Made by a program: the position numbers and the translations under genes
Source: an uncultured SAR86 cluster bacterium
GTDB taxonomy: Bacteria > Pseudomonadota > Gammaproteobacteria > Magnimaribacterales > AG-339-G14
Reading direction: 5' to 3'
Assembly (NCBI GenBank): GCA_902587545.1
Contig: CACILL010000001.1
Location: 331,300 to 395,299, forward strand
Length of the DNA stretch: 64,000 nucleotides
Shown here: in pieces, positions 47,301-56,434 of the stretch
Numbering within the stretch: position 1 is the first letter of the stretch
How the letters are laid out: each line of letters begins with the position of its first letter
The notes under the pieces: model-generated
What the model was told of the DNA's origin: nothing
The model's input: the letters and a program-made list of their open reading frames with translations, nothing else
Database searches by the model: none

Positions 47301-47588
47301 ATGATAGGAGTACTTGTTAAATTAAACATTAAAGAAGGTAGCGAAAAAGACTTCGAAGAAAATATGCTCAAGCTTGTTGAGGCAACAAATGCAAATGAAC
47401 CTGGAGTCTTTTACTATGGTTTACTAAAAACAGATGATCCTCAAACCTATCAAATGATAGAGATCTACAAGGATGCTGAAAGCCATGCGCATCATTCTCA
47501 AACTGAACACTTTAAAACACTGGGTGGAGCTCTTGCACCATTTCTTGCTGGCGCTCCTGAGATTACTGTTCATGAGGAAATAAAATAG
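47301..47588 (+). CDS. ABM-domain putative quinol/cofactor-less monooxygenase (95 aa)
   Basis: VLVKLNIKEGSEKDFEENM...EPGVFYYGLLKTDDPQTYQMIEIYKDAESHAHHSQTEHF is a classical ABM pattern. Confidence 0.8.
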   Translation: MIGVLVKLNIKEGSEKDFEENMLKLVEATNANEPGVFYYGLLKTDDPQTYQMIEIYKDAESHAHHSQTEHFKTLGGALAPFLAGAPEITVHEEIK

Positions 47589-48637
47589 CTCTTAAAGAAA
47601 ACTATTTAAAAGCGGTCTCAAACCAAGAAATTTCTTTAGATGATGCTCAGCTCAAATTAGCTGAGCGTCTGGATATTGCTCTTCAAGAAATTAATAACAA
47701 AAAAAGTATTCTGCAGTTTTTTTCTAAGCCAAATCCTCAAAGAATTTATATTCATGGAGATGTCGGACGTGGAAAGACGTTTCTTATGGATATGTTGTTT
47801 GAGGAAATCAACCATGAAAAAAAAATTAGACTTCACTTTCACCGTTTCATGCAAAATCTTCATGAAAGCCTAAAGCAATATGAAGGAACAGATCCTTTAA
47901 AAAAAATTGTTAAAGATTTATCAAAAAAATATGAATGTCTTTGCTTTGATGAGTTTTATGTTGAAGATATTGCAGATGCCATGTTGCTTGGCAAATTTAT
48001 GACTGAACTTTTTGAATCTGATTTATCTTTTTTTGCAACTTCAAATATAGCGCCAATAAATCTTTATGAGGGAGGGTTACAGAGAAAGCTGTTCATGCCT
48101 GCTATAAAAGCTATTGAAACTGCTTGCGAAATCTATCATCTAAATTCTGATGTTGATTTTAGATTAAGAGCTTTAGAAAAAAGTGGAAGTTACTTTTATC
48201 CATCCGATAAAAATAGTGAAATCATTGAAAAGATTTTCAACGAAATTACCCAGAACAAAAAAAATAAAGAAAGTTTTATAATCATAAATAACAGAAAAAT
48301 AGATATCTTGGCTTTTTCCAAAGGAGTCTTGTGGGTTAATTTTTTGCAAATCTGTTCTTCTCCTAGAAGCTCTGCAGATTACATAGAAATATCAAGAGAA
48401 TTTCATACCGTTGTTCTGTCCGATGTTCCTATCATCAATTCTGATGACGAGGCAAGACGTTTTATTTCTTTTATAGATGAATGTTATGACAGAAGAGTAA
48501 AATTAATAATTTCAGCAGCTGAACTCCCCGAAAAAATTTATGTCAAATCTAGGCTTGAAGAAAAGTTTAAAAGGACTATAAGCAGATTAACTGAGATGCA
48601 GTCTAAAGATTACCTTTCTCAGGCTCATTTGGCTTGA
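47585..48637 (+). CDS. zapE: cell-division ATPase ZapE (AFG1-like); start codon non-canonical or uncertain
   Basis: Walker A GDVGRGKTFLMD, LHFHRFM, and Walker B LCFDEFYVEDIADAMLL; collinear with E. coli ZapE. The frame is open from 47576, but the first ATG (47786) lies after the Walker A. GAGGAA (47574-79) sits 5 nt upstream of ATA at 47585 (7 nt from the GAGG core). Confidence 0.8.
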   Translation: MALKENYLKAVSNQEISLDDAQLKLAERLDIALQEINNKKSILQFFSKPNPQRIYIHGDVGRGKTFLMDMLFEEINHEKKIRLHFHRFMQNLHESLKQYEGTDPLKKIVKDLSKKYECLCFDEFYVEDIADAMLLGKFMTELFESDLSFFATSNIAPINLYEGGLQRKLFMPAIKAIETACEIYHLNSDVDFRLRALEKSGSYFYPSDKNSEIIEKIFNEITQNKKNKESFIIINNRKIDILAFSKGVLWVNFLQICSSPRSSADYIEISREFHTVVLSDVPIINSDDEARRFISFIDECYDRRVKLIISAAELPEKIYVKSRLEEKFKRTISRLTEMQSKDYLSQAHLA

Positions 48638-48687
48638 AAATATAAGGATAGACTCCATATAAAAGGTATAAATGTTAATATGTAAAA

Positions 48688-49020
48688 ATGAAGGATATAG
48701 TAGAAACTAATTTCGCAATTGGTCAGGTAGTCAGACATAAACACCTAGACTTTAGGGGTGTAATATTTGATGTTGATCCTGAATTTAACAACACTGAAGA
48801 GTGGTACCAAAGCATACCTGCTCAAATAAGGCCAAAAAAAGATCAACCCTTCTATCATGTCTATGCTGAGAATGAAGAAGTCTTTTACACTGCCTATGTT
48901 TCTCAACAGAATTTACTAGCTGATAACTCTTTAGAGCCCGTAGCTCATCCAGATGTTCATGAAAACTTCGGTCCATTTGATGGGAAAAAATACGAGATTT
49001 TAGAGGTTACCAGGAACTAG
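48688..49020 (+). CDS. hspQ: heat-shock protein HspQ (YccV/hemimethylated-DNA-binding domain)
   Basis: FAIGQVVRHKHLDFRGVIFDVDPEF and PFYHVYAENEE. Confidence 0.85.
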   Translation: MKDIVETNFAIGQVVRHKHLDFRGVIFDVDPEFNNTEEWYQSIPAQIRPKKDQPFYHVYAENEEVFYTAYVSQQNLLADNSLEPVAHPDVHENFGPFDGKKYEILEVTRN

Positions 49021-50228
49021 CTTTCTTCGGCTAGTAATACGCAAATACAAAATAAATCCATAGCGTCTGATAGTTCTTTAAGTTCCACCTGAGTGGGAGC
49101 TATACGAATATTTTTATTTTCCAAGTCTTTGCCATAAGGAAAAGTTGCACCTAATGGAGTGAGTTTTAGGCCTGCTTCCTCACAAAGCTTATGAATTTTT
49201 GAAGCATTACCATTTAAAGAATCAAAGGAAACAAAATAACCTCCAGTTGGCTTGGTCCACTTTGCTAAACCATCCGGTAATTTGTGCAACTTTTCTTGAA
49301 CAAGATCAAACTTAGGTTTGATTATTTTTGCTAATTTTTGCATGTGCTCTTTAAGTGCTTTCTTTGAATTAAAAATCCTAGTGTGCCTTGCTTGATTTAC
49401 TTTGTCAGAGCCCAAAGAAAACTTAGAAAAATAATTAACAAAATTTTCCATATTTTTTGGCGATAAAGAAATAAACGCCAAACCCGATCCAGCTAATGAG
49501 ATCTTACTGGTACTTCCAAGCATAATGAGAGAATCATGTGAATTTTTATCAATGAAAATTTTTTCTATATCAGGAAGTTTTTTTGAATCATCAAAATCAT
49601 GAACTGCATAGGCGTTATCAAGAATAATTTTAAAACCATCCTTGTTTATGCTTGCCAAAGCTTCTATTTTTTCTCTAGAAAAAATCTCTCCAGTGGGATT
49701 TGAATGTTTGGGTACGCAAATCATCCCTTTTATAGATTCATCAGTTTCTAATAAGTTTTCTATTGAATCCAAATCAGGACCATCTCCTTCTAAAGGAACA
49801 GGTATCATTTTTATTCCTAATTTTTCCAACATTGCAAAGTGACGATCGTATCCGGGTACCGGACACAAAAAAGTTACTTTATCTAGGTCTTTCCAGGCTA
49901 CTTGCCCATCGCCATGAAAATTCATGCTGTGCAAATAATGTCCTAGCAAAGTCAAACTACTAGTACCGTTTACAAGAATATTTTTTGGATTAGAGTTAAG
50001 AACCCAGCCGGCTAATTTTCTAGCAGAAGGAAGTCCTTCAAGAAGTCCATAGTTTCTTGTATCAACCTTATCTTGAATAAAGTTTCCTTTCATTACAGTT
50101 TCCAAATTATCAGACAAATCTAGTTGTTCAGAGGAAGGTCTGCCCCTAGTTAAGTCTAAAAGTTTTTTTGAATTTTTGAATTTTTGATATCCTTCTTTTA
50201 TCTTGGATATATCGTCACTTAGATTCAT
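49017..50228 (-). CDS. PLP-dependent aminotransferase (class I/II fold)
   Basis: HSNPTG and STSKISLAGSGL (PLP-Lys region). 403 aa. Specificity cannot be judged from the sequence. Confidence 0.8.
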   Translation of the reverse strand: MNLSDDISKIKEGYQKFKNSKKLLDLTRGRPSSEQLDLSDNLETVMKGNFIQDKVDTRNYGLLEGLPSARKLAGWVLNSNPKNILVNGTSSLTLLGHYLHSMNFHGDGQVAWKDLDKVTFLCPVPGYDRHFAMLEKLGIKMIPVPLEGDGPDLDSIENLLETDESIKGMICVPKHSNPTGEIFSREKIEALASINKDGFKIILDNAYAVHDFDDSKKLPDIEKIFIDKNSHDSLIMLGSTSKISLAGSGLAFISLSPKNMENFVNYFSKFSLGSDKVNQARHTRIFNSKKALKEHMQKLAKIIKPKFDLVQEKLHKLPDGLAKWTKPTGGYFVSFDSLNGNASKIHKLCEEAGLKLTPLGATFPYGKDLENKNIRIAPTQVELKELSDAMDLFCICVLLAEES

Positions 50229-50237
50229 AAGATTTGG

Positions 50238-50885
50238 CTATCTGTTAATTATTTGTAAATTATTATTTTCTGCGTGCTTTTTAAGCCTTTCATCAGGTGA
50301 TACTACTATAGAATTTTTACATTTTTCTACTAAAGGCAAATCATGTATTGAGTCTGTGTAGAAAGTAGCCATTTCTAAGTTTAATTTTTTATTTCTACAC
50401 CACTCTGAAACATGTACTAGTTTGCCCTTATCAAAATTTGGCTCTCCTGTAGTTTCGCCTGTCACTTTATCTTTTACGAACTCTGTTTTTGTTCCTATGA
50501 ACTCATCTACTCCGAAATAATTAGCAAACCCCTGAACTATAAAATCTAAAGCTCCTGAAGCAATGAGCAAATCATCTTTTTTATGTTTTTCTAATAGCTC
50601 GAAAGTTAAATCATCAATCAAAATATCCTTCGAAGAATTTATAAAACTTGTAACCAATAAATCTACTTCTTTTTTGGTTTTTCCAATCAATGGATACAAA
50701 AGAAATCTCATGTAATCATTAAAATTTAAATTTCCAGAGCGATAATCTTTGTCGAATGCTTTGATTTTCTCAAGGTAAAAATCTTTATCTAACATCCCTT
50801 GTTTAACAATATATTTAGTAAAATAAAATTCACTATCAGCGCATAAAAGCGTATCGTCTAAGTCAAAAATTACTAACTTACTCAT
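50238..50885 (-). CDS. HAD-IB family hydrolase (SerB-like)
   Basis: Motif I VIFDLDDTLL, motif II region LIASGALDF (Ser in the motif II position), and C-terminal FYTDSIHDLPL. Confidence 0.8.
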   Translation of the reverse strand: MSKLVIFDLDDTLLCADSEFYFTKYIVKQGMLDKDFYLEKIKAFDKDYRSGNLNFNDYMRFLLYPLIGKTKKEVDLLVTSFINSSKDILIDDLTFELLEKHKKDDLLIASGALDFIVQGFANYFGVDEFIGTKTEFVKDKVTGETTGEPNFDKGKLVHVSEWCRNKKLNLEMATFYTDSIHDLPLVEKCKNSIVVSPDERLKKHAENNNLQIINR

Positions 50886-50887
50886 AT

Positions 50888-51355
50888 TTATATTTGATTT
50901 TTAAGCTCTATTAAAGCACTTCTGTATGCTTCTTTTTTAAAATCTACAACTTGATTTAATGGGTACCAAAAAGGCACCCAACTATACTTATCAAATTCAG
51001 GAGTATTTTCTATATTTAGATCTACATCTCCAGAAATAAGTTTTAGTAAGAAATATTTTTGAGCCTGCCCTTTGAATTTTCCGCCGAGAACTCTTGATCG
51101 AATACTTTTTGGAATATCGTAGTAAATTAAATTTTGACTTACGGCTTTTATCTCAACATTATTTTTTTCTAGGCCCACTTCTTCATTTAATTCTCTGAAC
51201 ATTGCGCTCTCAATATTTTCATTTTCATCTACTCCTCCTTGAGGAAATTGCCAATTTTCTGTATTTCTTCTTTTGCAGAATAAAACCTTGTTATCTTTGT
51301 TAAGAACAATCATTGCGACATTCAATCGATAACCAGTCTTAATTTTCAAAGTCAT
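50888..51355 (-). CDS. rppH: RNA pyrophosphohydrolase
   Basis: GYRLNVAMIV start and Nudix box GGVDENENIESAMFRELNEEVGL. Confidence 0.9.
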   Translation of the reverse strand: MTLKIKTGYRLNVAMIVLNKDNKVLFCKRRNTENWQFPQGGVDENENIESAMFRELNEEVGLEKNNVEIKAVSQNLIYYDIPKSIRSRVLGGKFKGQAQKYFLLKLISGDVDLNIENTPEFDKYSWVPFWYPLNQVVDFKKEAYRSALIELKNQI

Positions 51356-52122
51356 TTGATCTCAAGTTTAAATTTTTTCGATTTAACTATTTCTCTGGCT
51401 TCATTAAAAGAAGTTTCCTCTATTTCGGCTTCATTATTTTTATCAATTATTATGGATGTTGTAGATCTAGTTCCATAAATATCTGTAGCTATAAATCTGT
51501 AAGGGAACTCCCTACCATGATTTTCTTTAGTGAAGGCTTTGGAGAATTCCAATGGTTTGTTGACCGGTGCTTGCATCATTTCAAAAAGATTTTCTCCAGA
51601 AATTTCATAAGAAAGGATTTTTACAAAATCTTCTTCTGCGCTAAGTATTTTTTTTGATTTATTTTCTATAGGTTTATTTCCTATTGCGTAGGTCTCTCCT
51701 TCATTAAGTTTTTTTTCAAAGCCTCTATTTGAGCAAATCAATCCATCAGTTCCATCAAATAAAATCAAATTAAAGCCTTGATAATTTAAACAATCAATTT
51801 CGTTTAAATATTCTGATGCAGAATGGTTTGATAAGACAAAATCTTTTACCAAATCTCCTCTACTTGCTAAATTTTCTATAGATTTTTTTTGAGTACTTAA
51901 CGAAGTAAATTCTCTTACATTTGTAACAGCTGCGAACTTCCCTTTTTCGCTTAAAGCCATCCATGTTCCATCAAAGTTTTTGTCTTTTCCAGCTAAAACT
52001 CTTGGGCTTGAATCCCACCAATGCATACTCTTTGTTGGTCTTTCATAAAATTCATCTCGATTTGAAGTCAGAACTAATTTGTAGTCACTTTTTGGATTGA
52101 GGGATAAAACAATTAGGCACAT
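51352..52122 (-). CDS. NRDE-family (TANGO2-like) protein
   Basis: MCLIVL N-terminal nucleophile-like Cys and NRDEFYERPT signature. Confidence 0.8.
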   Translation of the reverse strand: MCLIVLSLNPKSDYKLVLTSNRDEFYERPTKSMHWWDSSPRVLAGKDKNFDGTWMALSEKGKFAAVTNVREFTSLSTQKKSIENLASRGDLVKDFVLSNHSASEYLNEIDCLNYQGFNLILFDGTDGLICSNRGFEKKLNEGETYAIGNKPIENKSKKILSAEEDFVKILSYEISGENLFEMMQAPVNKPLEFSKAFTKENHGREFPYRFIATDIYGTRSTTSIIIDKNNEAEIEETSFNEAREIVKSKKFKLEIK

Positions 52123-52176
52123 AAAAAAGGAAAAAGTTTATCAGACTGTTTTAATAAGGGATAATCATACTTCTAC

Positions 52177-52977
52177 ATGTTTGAATTTTTTCTTGGCTTA
52201 GTTTTATTAGGCATCTTAGCTGGTCTTTTATCTGGATTCTTTGGAATTGGCAGTGGAGTGATTTTAGTTCCTGCCTATGTTTTTTTATTCAATTTATTAG
52301 ATCTACCTCCTGAAATAATTCCCATATTAGCTACTGGTACATCTATGACGACCATGGCTATAACCATTCCAATGGCCGCCTTTATTCATTTTAAAAATAA
52401 CAATGTCGAGCTTGAAATCGTAAAAAAAATGTTTTGGATGGCATTTGCGATGACTTTATTAGGTAGATATGTAGCTTTGTTTATTGAAAGCTCAACTCTC
52501 CAGATTATCATTGCTGTTTCCTTAATTTTGGCGGCTCTTCAAATAGCTTTTGACTTTTCACCAAAAACAAAAAACCTTCACAAAAGTTCTTTTGAATTGA
52601 TTTTTATTGCAGGATTATTGGGATTAGTCACTTCTTTTGTTGGGATAGGCGGAGGAATTCTCATGGTTCCTTATTTTTTATATAAAGGATTAGATCCTCA
52701 TAAAGCAATTGGCACTTCTTCTTTGATGGGCTTTGCCTTAGCAGTATCCGGAGCCTTGGGAGCATTATTGTTTGCCCCCATTGCCTCAAAAGATATTGAA
52801 TTTTTTGTAGGTTCAGCATTCGTGCCCGCAGTAATAATTACAGGCTTATCAAGCATTTACTTTGCTAGACTTGGAGCCAATCTTTCTGCAAAAACTGATA
52901 GTAAATTCCTCAAGCAAGCATTTTCTGTGCTCATAATAATTGCTGCTTTAAGAGTATTTTACATTACTTTCGTATGA
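52177..52977 (+). CDS. TauE/SafE (DUF81) anion exporter family membrane protein
   Basis: Two-repeat polytopic protein with GFFGIGSGVILVP and VGIGGGILMVP motifs. Confidence 0.8.
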   Translation: MFEFFLGLVLLGILAGLLSGFFGIGSGVILVPAYVFLFNLLDLPPEIIPILATGTSMTTMAITIPMAAFIHFKNNNVELEIVKKMFWMAFAMTLLGRYVALFIESSTLQIIIAVSLILAALQIAFDFSPKTKNLHKSSFELIFIAGLLGLVTSFVGIGGGILMVPYFLYKGLDPHKAIGTSSLMGFALAVSGALGALLFAPIASKDIEFFVGSAFVPAVIITGLSSIYFARLGANLSAKTDSKFLKQAFSVLIIIAALRVFYITFV

Positions 52978-53777
52978 CTGTAGAAATAGATCCCATAGCA
53001 TTTTATATACCTCTTCCATTTTTTGGTTGGTGGCCAATCTATTGGTATGGAATTTCTTGGTTAGTTGCAATTTTGTCAATTAATTACATGGCTAGACTTA
53101 ATGCACCCATTAGTGGAACTATTAATAAGAAGCTTATTGACGACTTTATTTTTTATGGTGTTTTGGGAGCAATAGTTGGAGGAAGAATCGGCTATATGTT
53201 CTTTTATGGATTTGAAAATCTAATTAGGGATCCAATGGCTCTCTTTAGAATTTGGGAAGGAGGTTTGTCATTTCACGGTGGGCTGCTTGGCGTACTAATA
53301 AGCTTTTTAATTTTTTCAGAAAGCAGAAAAATTTCTTTTTTTGATTTAGCGGATCATATGGCAATTTATCTACCATTAGGTTTGGGTTCTGTAAGAATTG
53401 GAAATTTTTTGGGAGGAGAGCTTCTTGGAAGACCAACTGAAATGCCTTGGGGAATTATTTATTCAAATGATCCCTTGAGTCTAGTAAGACATCCCTCACA
53501 ACTTTATCAAGCATTTTTTGAAGGTCTTGTAATGTTTGTTATTTTATTTTTAGTCGCGAAAAAAAATCCTCCAAAAATGCTTTTATCGGGAATATTCTTA
53601 CTCCTGTATGGCACTTTTAGATCGATTACAGAAAATTTTAGAACCCCCGATTCTCACATAGGATTTGATTTATTTGATACTTTTACAAGAGGACAGCTCT
53701 TATCATTACCAATGATAATTTTTGGTATAGTTTTAATATATTTAAGTTTAAAAAAAAATAATGAAACAGTATCTTGA
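52974..53777 (+). CDS. lgt: phosphatidylglycerol:prolipoprotein diacylglyceryl transferase
   Basis: [35 protein letters not shown]. Confidence 0.93.
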   Translation: MTVEIDPIAFYIPLPFFGWWPIYWYGISWLVAILSINYMARLNAPISGTINKKLIDDFIFYGVLGAIVGGRIGYMFFYGFENLIRDPMALFRIWEGGLSFHGGLLGVLISFLIFSESRKISFFDLADHMAIYLPLGLGSVRIGNFLGGELLGRPTEMPWGIIYSNDPLSLVRHPSQLYQAFFEGLVMFVILFLVAKKNPPKMLLSGIFLLLYGTFRSITENFRTPDSHIGFDLFDTFTRGQLLSLPMIIFGIVLIYLSLKKNNETVS

Positions 53778-54555
53778 ATTAGTAGAGAAAATACTTGAAG
53801 AAGGTGTAGAGAGATCCGACAGAACTGGAACAGGAAGGAAAAGCATCTTTGGATACCAAATGCATTTTGATCTAGAAAAAGGATTCCCTTTAGTTACTAC
53901 TAAGAAAGTTCATTTGAAATCAATCATCCACGAACTAATATGGTTCTTAGCTGGTTCGACTAATATTAAATATCTTAAAGATAACGGGGTTTCGATTTGG
54001 GATGAGTGGGCAGATGAAAATGGAGATTTAGGTCCGGTTTATGGAGCACAATGGCGATCTTGGCCAGATCCCAATGGTGGAAAGGTTGATCAAATAAAAA
54101 ACCTTGTTGAAAGTATAAAAAATAATCCAAATTCAACAAGACACATTGTAAGCGCTTGGAATCCTGCGCTGGTTGATGAAATGGCTCTTCCACCATGTCA
54201 CGCTTTATTCCAATTTTTTGTAGCTGATTCAAAAATCTCATGTCAGCTCTATCAGAGAAGTGCGGATGTCTTTCTTGGAGTACCTTTTAATATTGCGTCT
54301 TATGCTCTTTTAACAATGATGATTGCTCAAGTCTGTGAATTAAAACCTGGTAAATTTGTTCATACTTTAGGAGATGCTCATTTGTATTTAAATCATTTGG
54401 ATCAGGCAAAGCTTCAAATATCTAGAAAACCTTTTAATTTGCCAACTATTAAAATCAATTCTGAGATAAGTAAATTAGAAGATTTTACTTATGAAGATTT
54501 CGAAATATTAAATTATGAAAGCCATCCAGGTATTTCCGCACCAATTTCAGTTTAA
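53761..54555 (+). CDS. thyA: thymidylate synthase (ThyA)
   Basis: [51 protein letters not shown]. Confidence 0.97.
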   Translation: MKQYLELVEKILEEGVERSDRTGTGRKSIFGYQMHFDLEKGFPLVTTKKVHLKSIIHELIWFLAGSTNIKYLKDNGVSIWDEWADENGDLGPVYGAQWRSWPDPNGGKVDQIKNLVESIKNNPNSTRHIVSAWNPALVDEMALPPCHALFQFFVADSKISCQLYQRSADVFLGVPFNIASYALLTMMIAQVCELKPGKFVHTLGDAHLYLNHLDQAKLQISRKPFNLPTIKINSEISKLEDFTYEDFEILNYESHPGISAPISV

Positions 54556-55046
54556 TGTCCATCAAGTTAATTTGTGCTATTTCTAAAAATAATGTAATTG
54601 GTTATGAAAACAAACTACCTTGGAATATTTCTGAAGATTTAAAAAGATTTAGAGAGCTTACTTCAAATAATTGGATAGTGATGGGCAGAAAAACATTTGA
54701 CTCTATTGGAAGGCCTTTACCAAACAGAAAAAATATTGTTTTGAGCAAAAATAAAAATCTCAAAATTGATTCTGTAGAAGTATTTAATTCGCCTAAAGAG
54801 GTAATTGATTCCTATAAAAACAATTCCGAGCAAAAAGATCTTTACGTCATAGGAGGAACTTATATTTACGAACTTTTTTTTGAATATTGTGAGTATTTAT
54901 ACATTACCTATGTAGATAAAGAATATTTAGGAGATGCTTTCTTCCCAAAAGCGGATTGGAACAAATGGAAACTAATTAGCGAAGAAAGTAGATATGACGA
55001 TAAAGAAGAAGTTAACTTTTATTTTAGAGACTATGAAAGAATTTAA
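54555..55046 (+). CDS. folA: dihydrofolate reductase
   Basis: IGYENKLPW and MGRKTFDSIGRPLPNRKNIVLS. TAATG overlap with thyA. Confidence 0.92.
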   Translation: MSIKLICAISKNNVIGYENKLPWNISEDLKRFRELTSNNWIVMGRKTFDSIGRPLPNRKNIVLSKNKNLKIDSVEVFNSPKEVIDSYKNNSEQKDLYVIGGTYIYELFFEYCEYLYITYVDKEYLGDAFFPKADWNKWKLISEESRYDDKEEVNFYFRDYERI

Positions 55047-56431
55047 CTTTCTTCAAGGTCTTTGATTCTAAGCTCAAGCATCTCAACTCTTTTCTTTTCT
55101 TTCTCGGTATAGGTAAGCCAATTTAAAGCTTGGGTTCTCAACTTATCTTGTTTTTTCTCTCTAGCTTCTTTGTCTTTTATTTTGATATCAGACAACCTAT
55201 CGATTGCAGTTCTGAAAAATTTCGTTGCGTCTTCAAAATCTTGAAGCTCATAAGCTACTTGGCCTAAAAGAATATTTACAGTAACCGGATCCTTTAACTT
55301 TCCTTTTTTAAGACCTAACTGAAGTGCTTGTTTTGCTTTTTTATATCTATCAGTGGCTAGGTAGATTTGACCAAGAAAAACATACAATTCTCCTTCTTCT
55401 GATTTTATTGCTGCTTTTTCGTAAACTGGTTCTGCTTTATCAAGCTCTTGAGCCATATGCCAACCTTGGGCGAGGTATTTAAGATGCTTTTCATTTTCTT
55501 TAACAAATTCTTTTTCTATTCCGTACTGCATTACTCTTGCAGCCTTAAGTGGTGCTTCTGCTCTCATTAGTAATTGATAAAGAGAAACATATTCATTTTC
55601 TTTATCTAAAAGCCTCTGATCATGTGCTGCTTCTAGAGAAGAGAGTTGTTTTTTTTCTTCTTTTAGCTCTCCATAAACTCCGGATAGTTGAGTCCAATAC
55701 CTTTTCTTCGGATAAAACCTCACCAATTCTTCAAATAAAGGTAGCATGTCCTTTATTCTTTCGTTTTCGTTGTATAAAGCAATTAGTAAATTATAAGTTG
55801 ATTCTTTCGGTTTAGATTTGTTTGCTTTTGCAACACATAAAGCACGTTCGGAAAACTTAAGAGCCTTTTTTTTATCTTTTAGTTGCCAATAAGATGCGGC
55901 AATAATATCAAAACCTAGAGAACTTGGATTAGCTTCCATAGAAATCCATTGTTCCATGTAATCGATAGCAGTTTTGTAATTACCTTCTGAATAAGATAAC
56001 TGACCTAACATAGAAATTACATTTGATTTTAATCTTGGATCAGCATCTTCAATGGATAAGAACTTCAAATAATTTCTTTTGGCAGATTTAAGATCTTCAT
56101 TTATAGAATCTATATAGGCAAAGTAATAATACATTTGAGCTTTATCAGACTCTGTTAATCCTTGATCTGATTGCATTCTAGTTAGAACATTTTTTGCTTT
56201 AACAAGGTCTTCGGTTTCAGCTCGTAAGAAAGGAAAAAGGTCTTTTAAATATGCCTGAGCTTTTTTACTTGGCAGCTTTGCAACTTGCCTTTTAGGTTTT
56301 GATAAGTCTGATCCTAAACATCCTTTTATGGTGTAACCTGGAAAGTCAAACTTTGTTTGTTCTTTTTGATTCTTGTCTTGAGAGAAAATAACTCCAGAGA
56401 AAAATAAAGAAAATATAAAAATCTTGATCAT
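55043..56431 (-). CDS. periplasmic TPR-repeat protein, last gene of the TonB2-type cluster (TtpD-like)
   Basis: Signal peptide and multiple TPR-like repeats (…AKQALQLGLKKG…, …YYFAYIDS…). Positionally equivalent to the TPR gene that closes Vibrio-type TonB2 clusters. Confidence 0.7.
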   Translation of the reverse strand: MIKIFIFSLFFSGVIFSQDKNQKEQTKFDFPGYTIKGCLGSDLSKPKRQVAKLPSKKAQAYLKDLFPFLRAETEDLVKAKNVLTRMQSDQGLTESDKAQMYYYFAYIDSINEDLKSAKRNYLKFLSIEDADPRLKSNVISMLGQLSYSEGNYKTAIDYMEQWISMEANPSSLGFDIIAASYWQLKDKKKALKFSERALCVAKANKSKPKESTYNLLIALYNENERIKDMLPLFEELVRFYPKKRYWTQLSGVYGELKEEKKQLSSLEAAHDQRLLDKENEYVSLYQLLMRAEAPLKAARVMQYGIEKEFVKENEKHLKYLAQGWHMAQELDKAEPVYEKAAIKSEEGELYVFLGQIYLATDRYKKAKQALQLGLKKGKLKDPVTVNILLGQVAYELQDFEDATKFFRTAIDRLSDIKIKDKEAREKKQDKLRTQALNWLTYTEKEKKRVEMLELRIKDLEES

Positions 56432-56434
56432 GGT

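Noticed and set aside
31612-47600. Mobile-island hallmarks next to tRNA-Phe (integrase, transposase, att direct repeat)
   Set aside because: No integrase- or transposase-like ORF is present, and by eye I found no repeat of the tRNA 3' end (…GGTTCGATTCCACCTCTGGGCACCA) at the far boundary. I therefore do not annotate a mobile element, only a flexible region hypothesis.
47657-47873. Two small ORFs (47657-47863 minus, 47676-47873 plus) in the apparent gap before the first ATG of zapE
   Set aside because: The third frame here encodes the conserved ZapE N-terminus and Walker A (IYIHGDVGRGKTFLMD). The small ORFs are artefacts of the missing canonical start.
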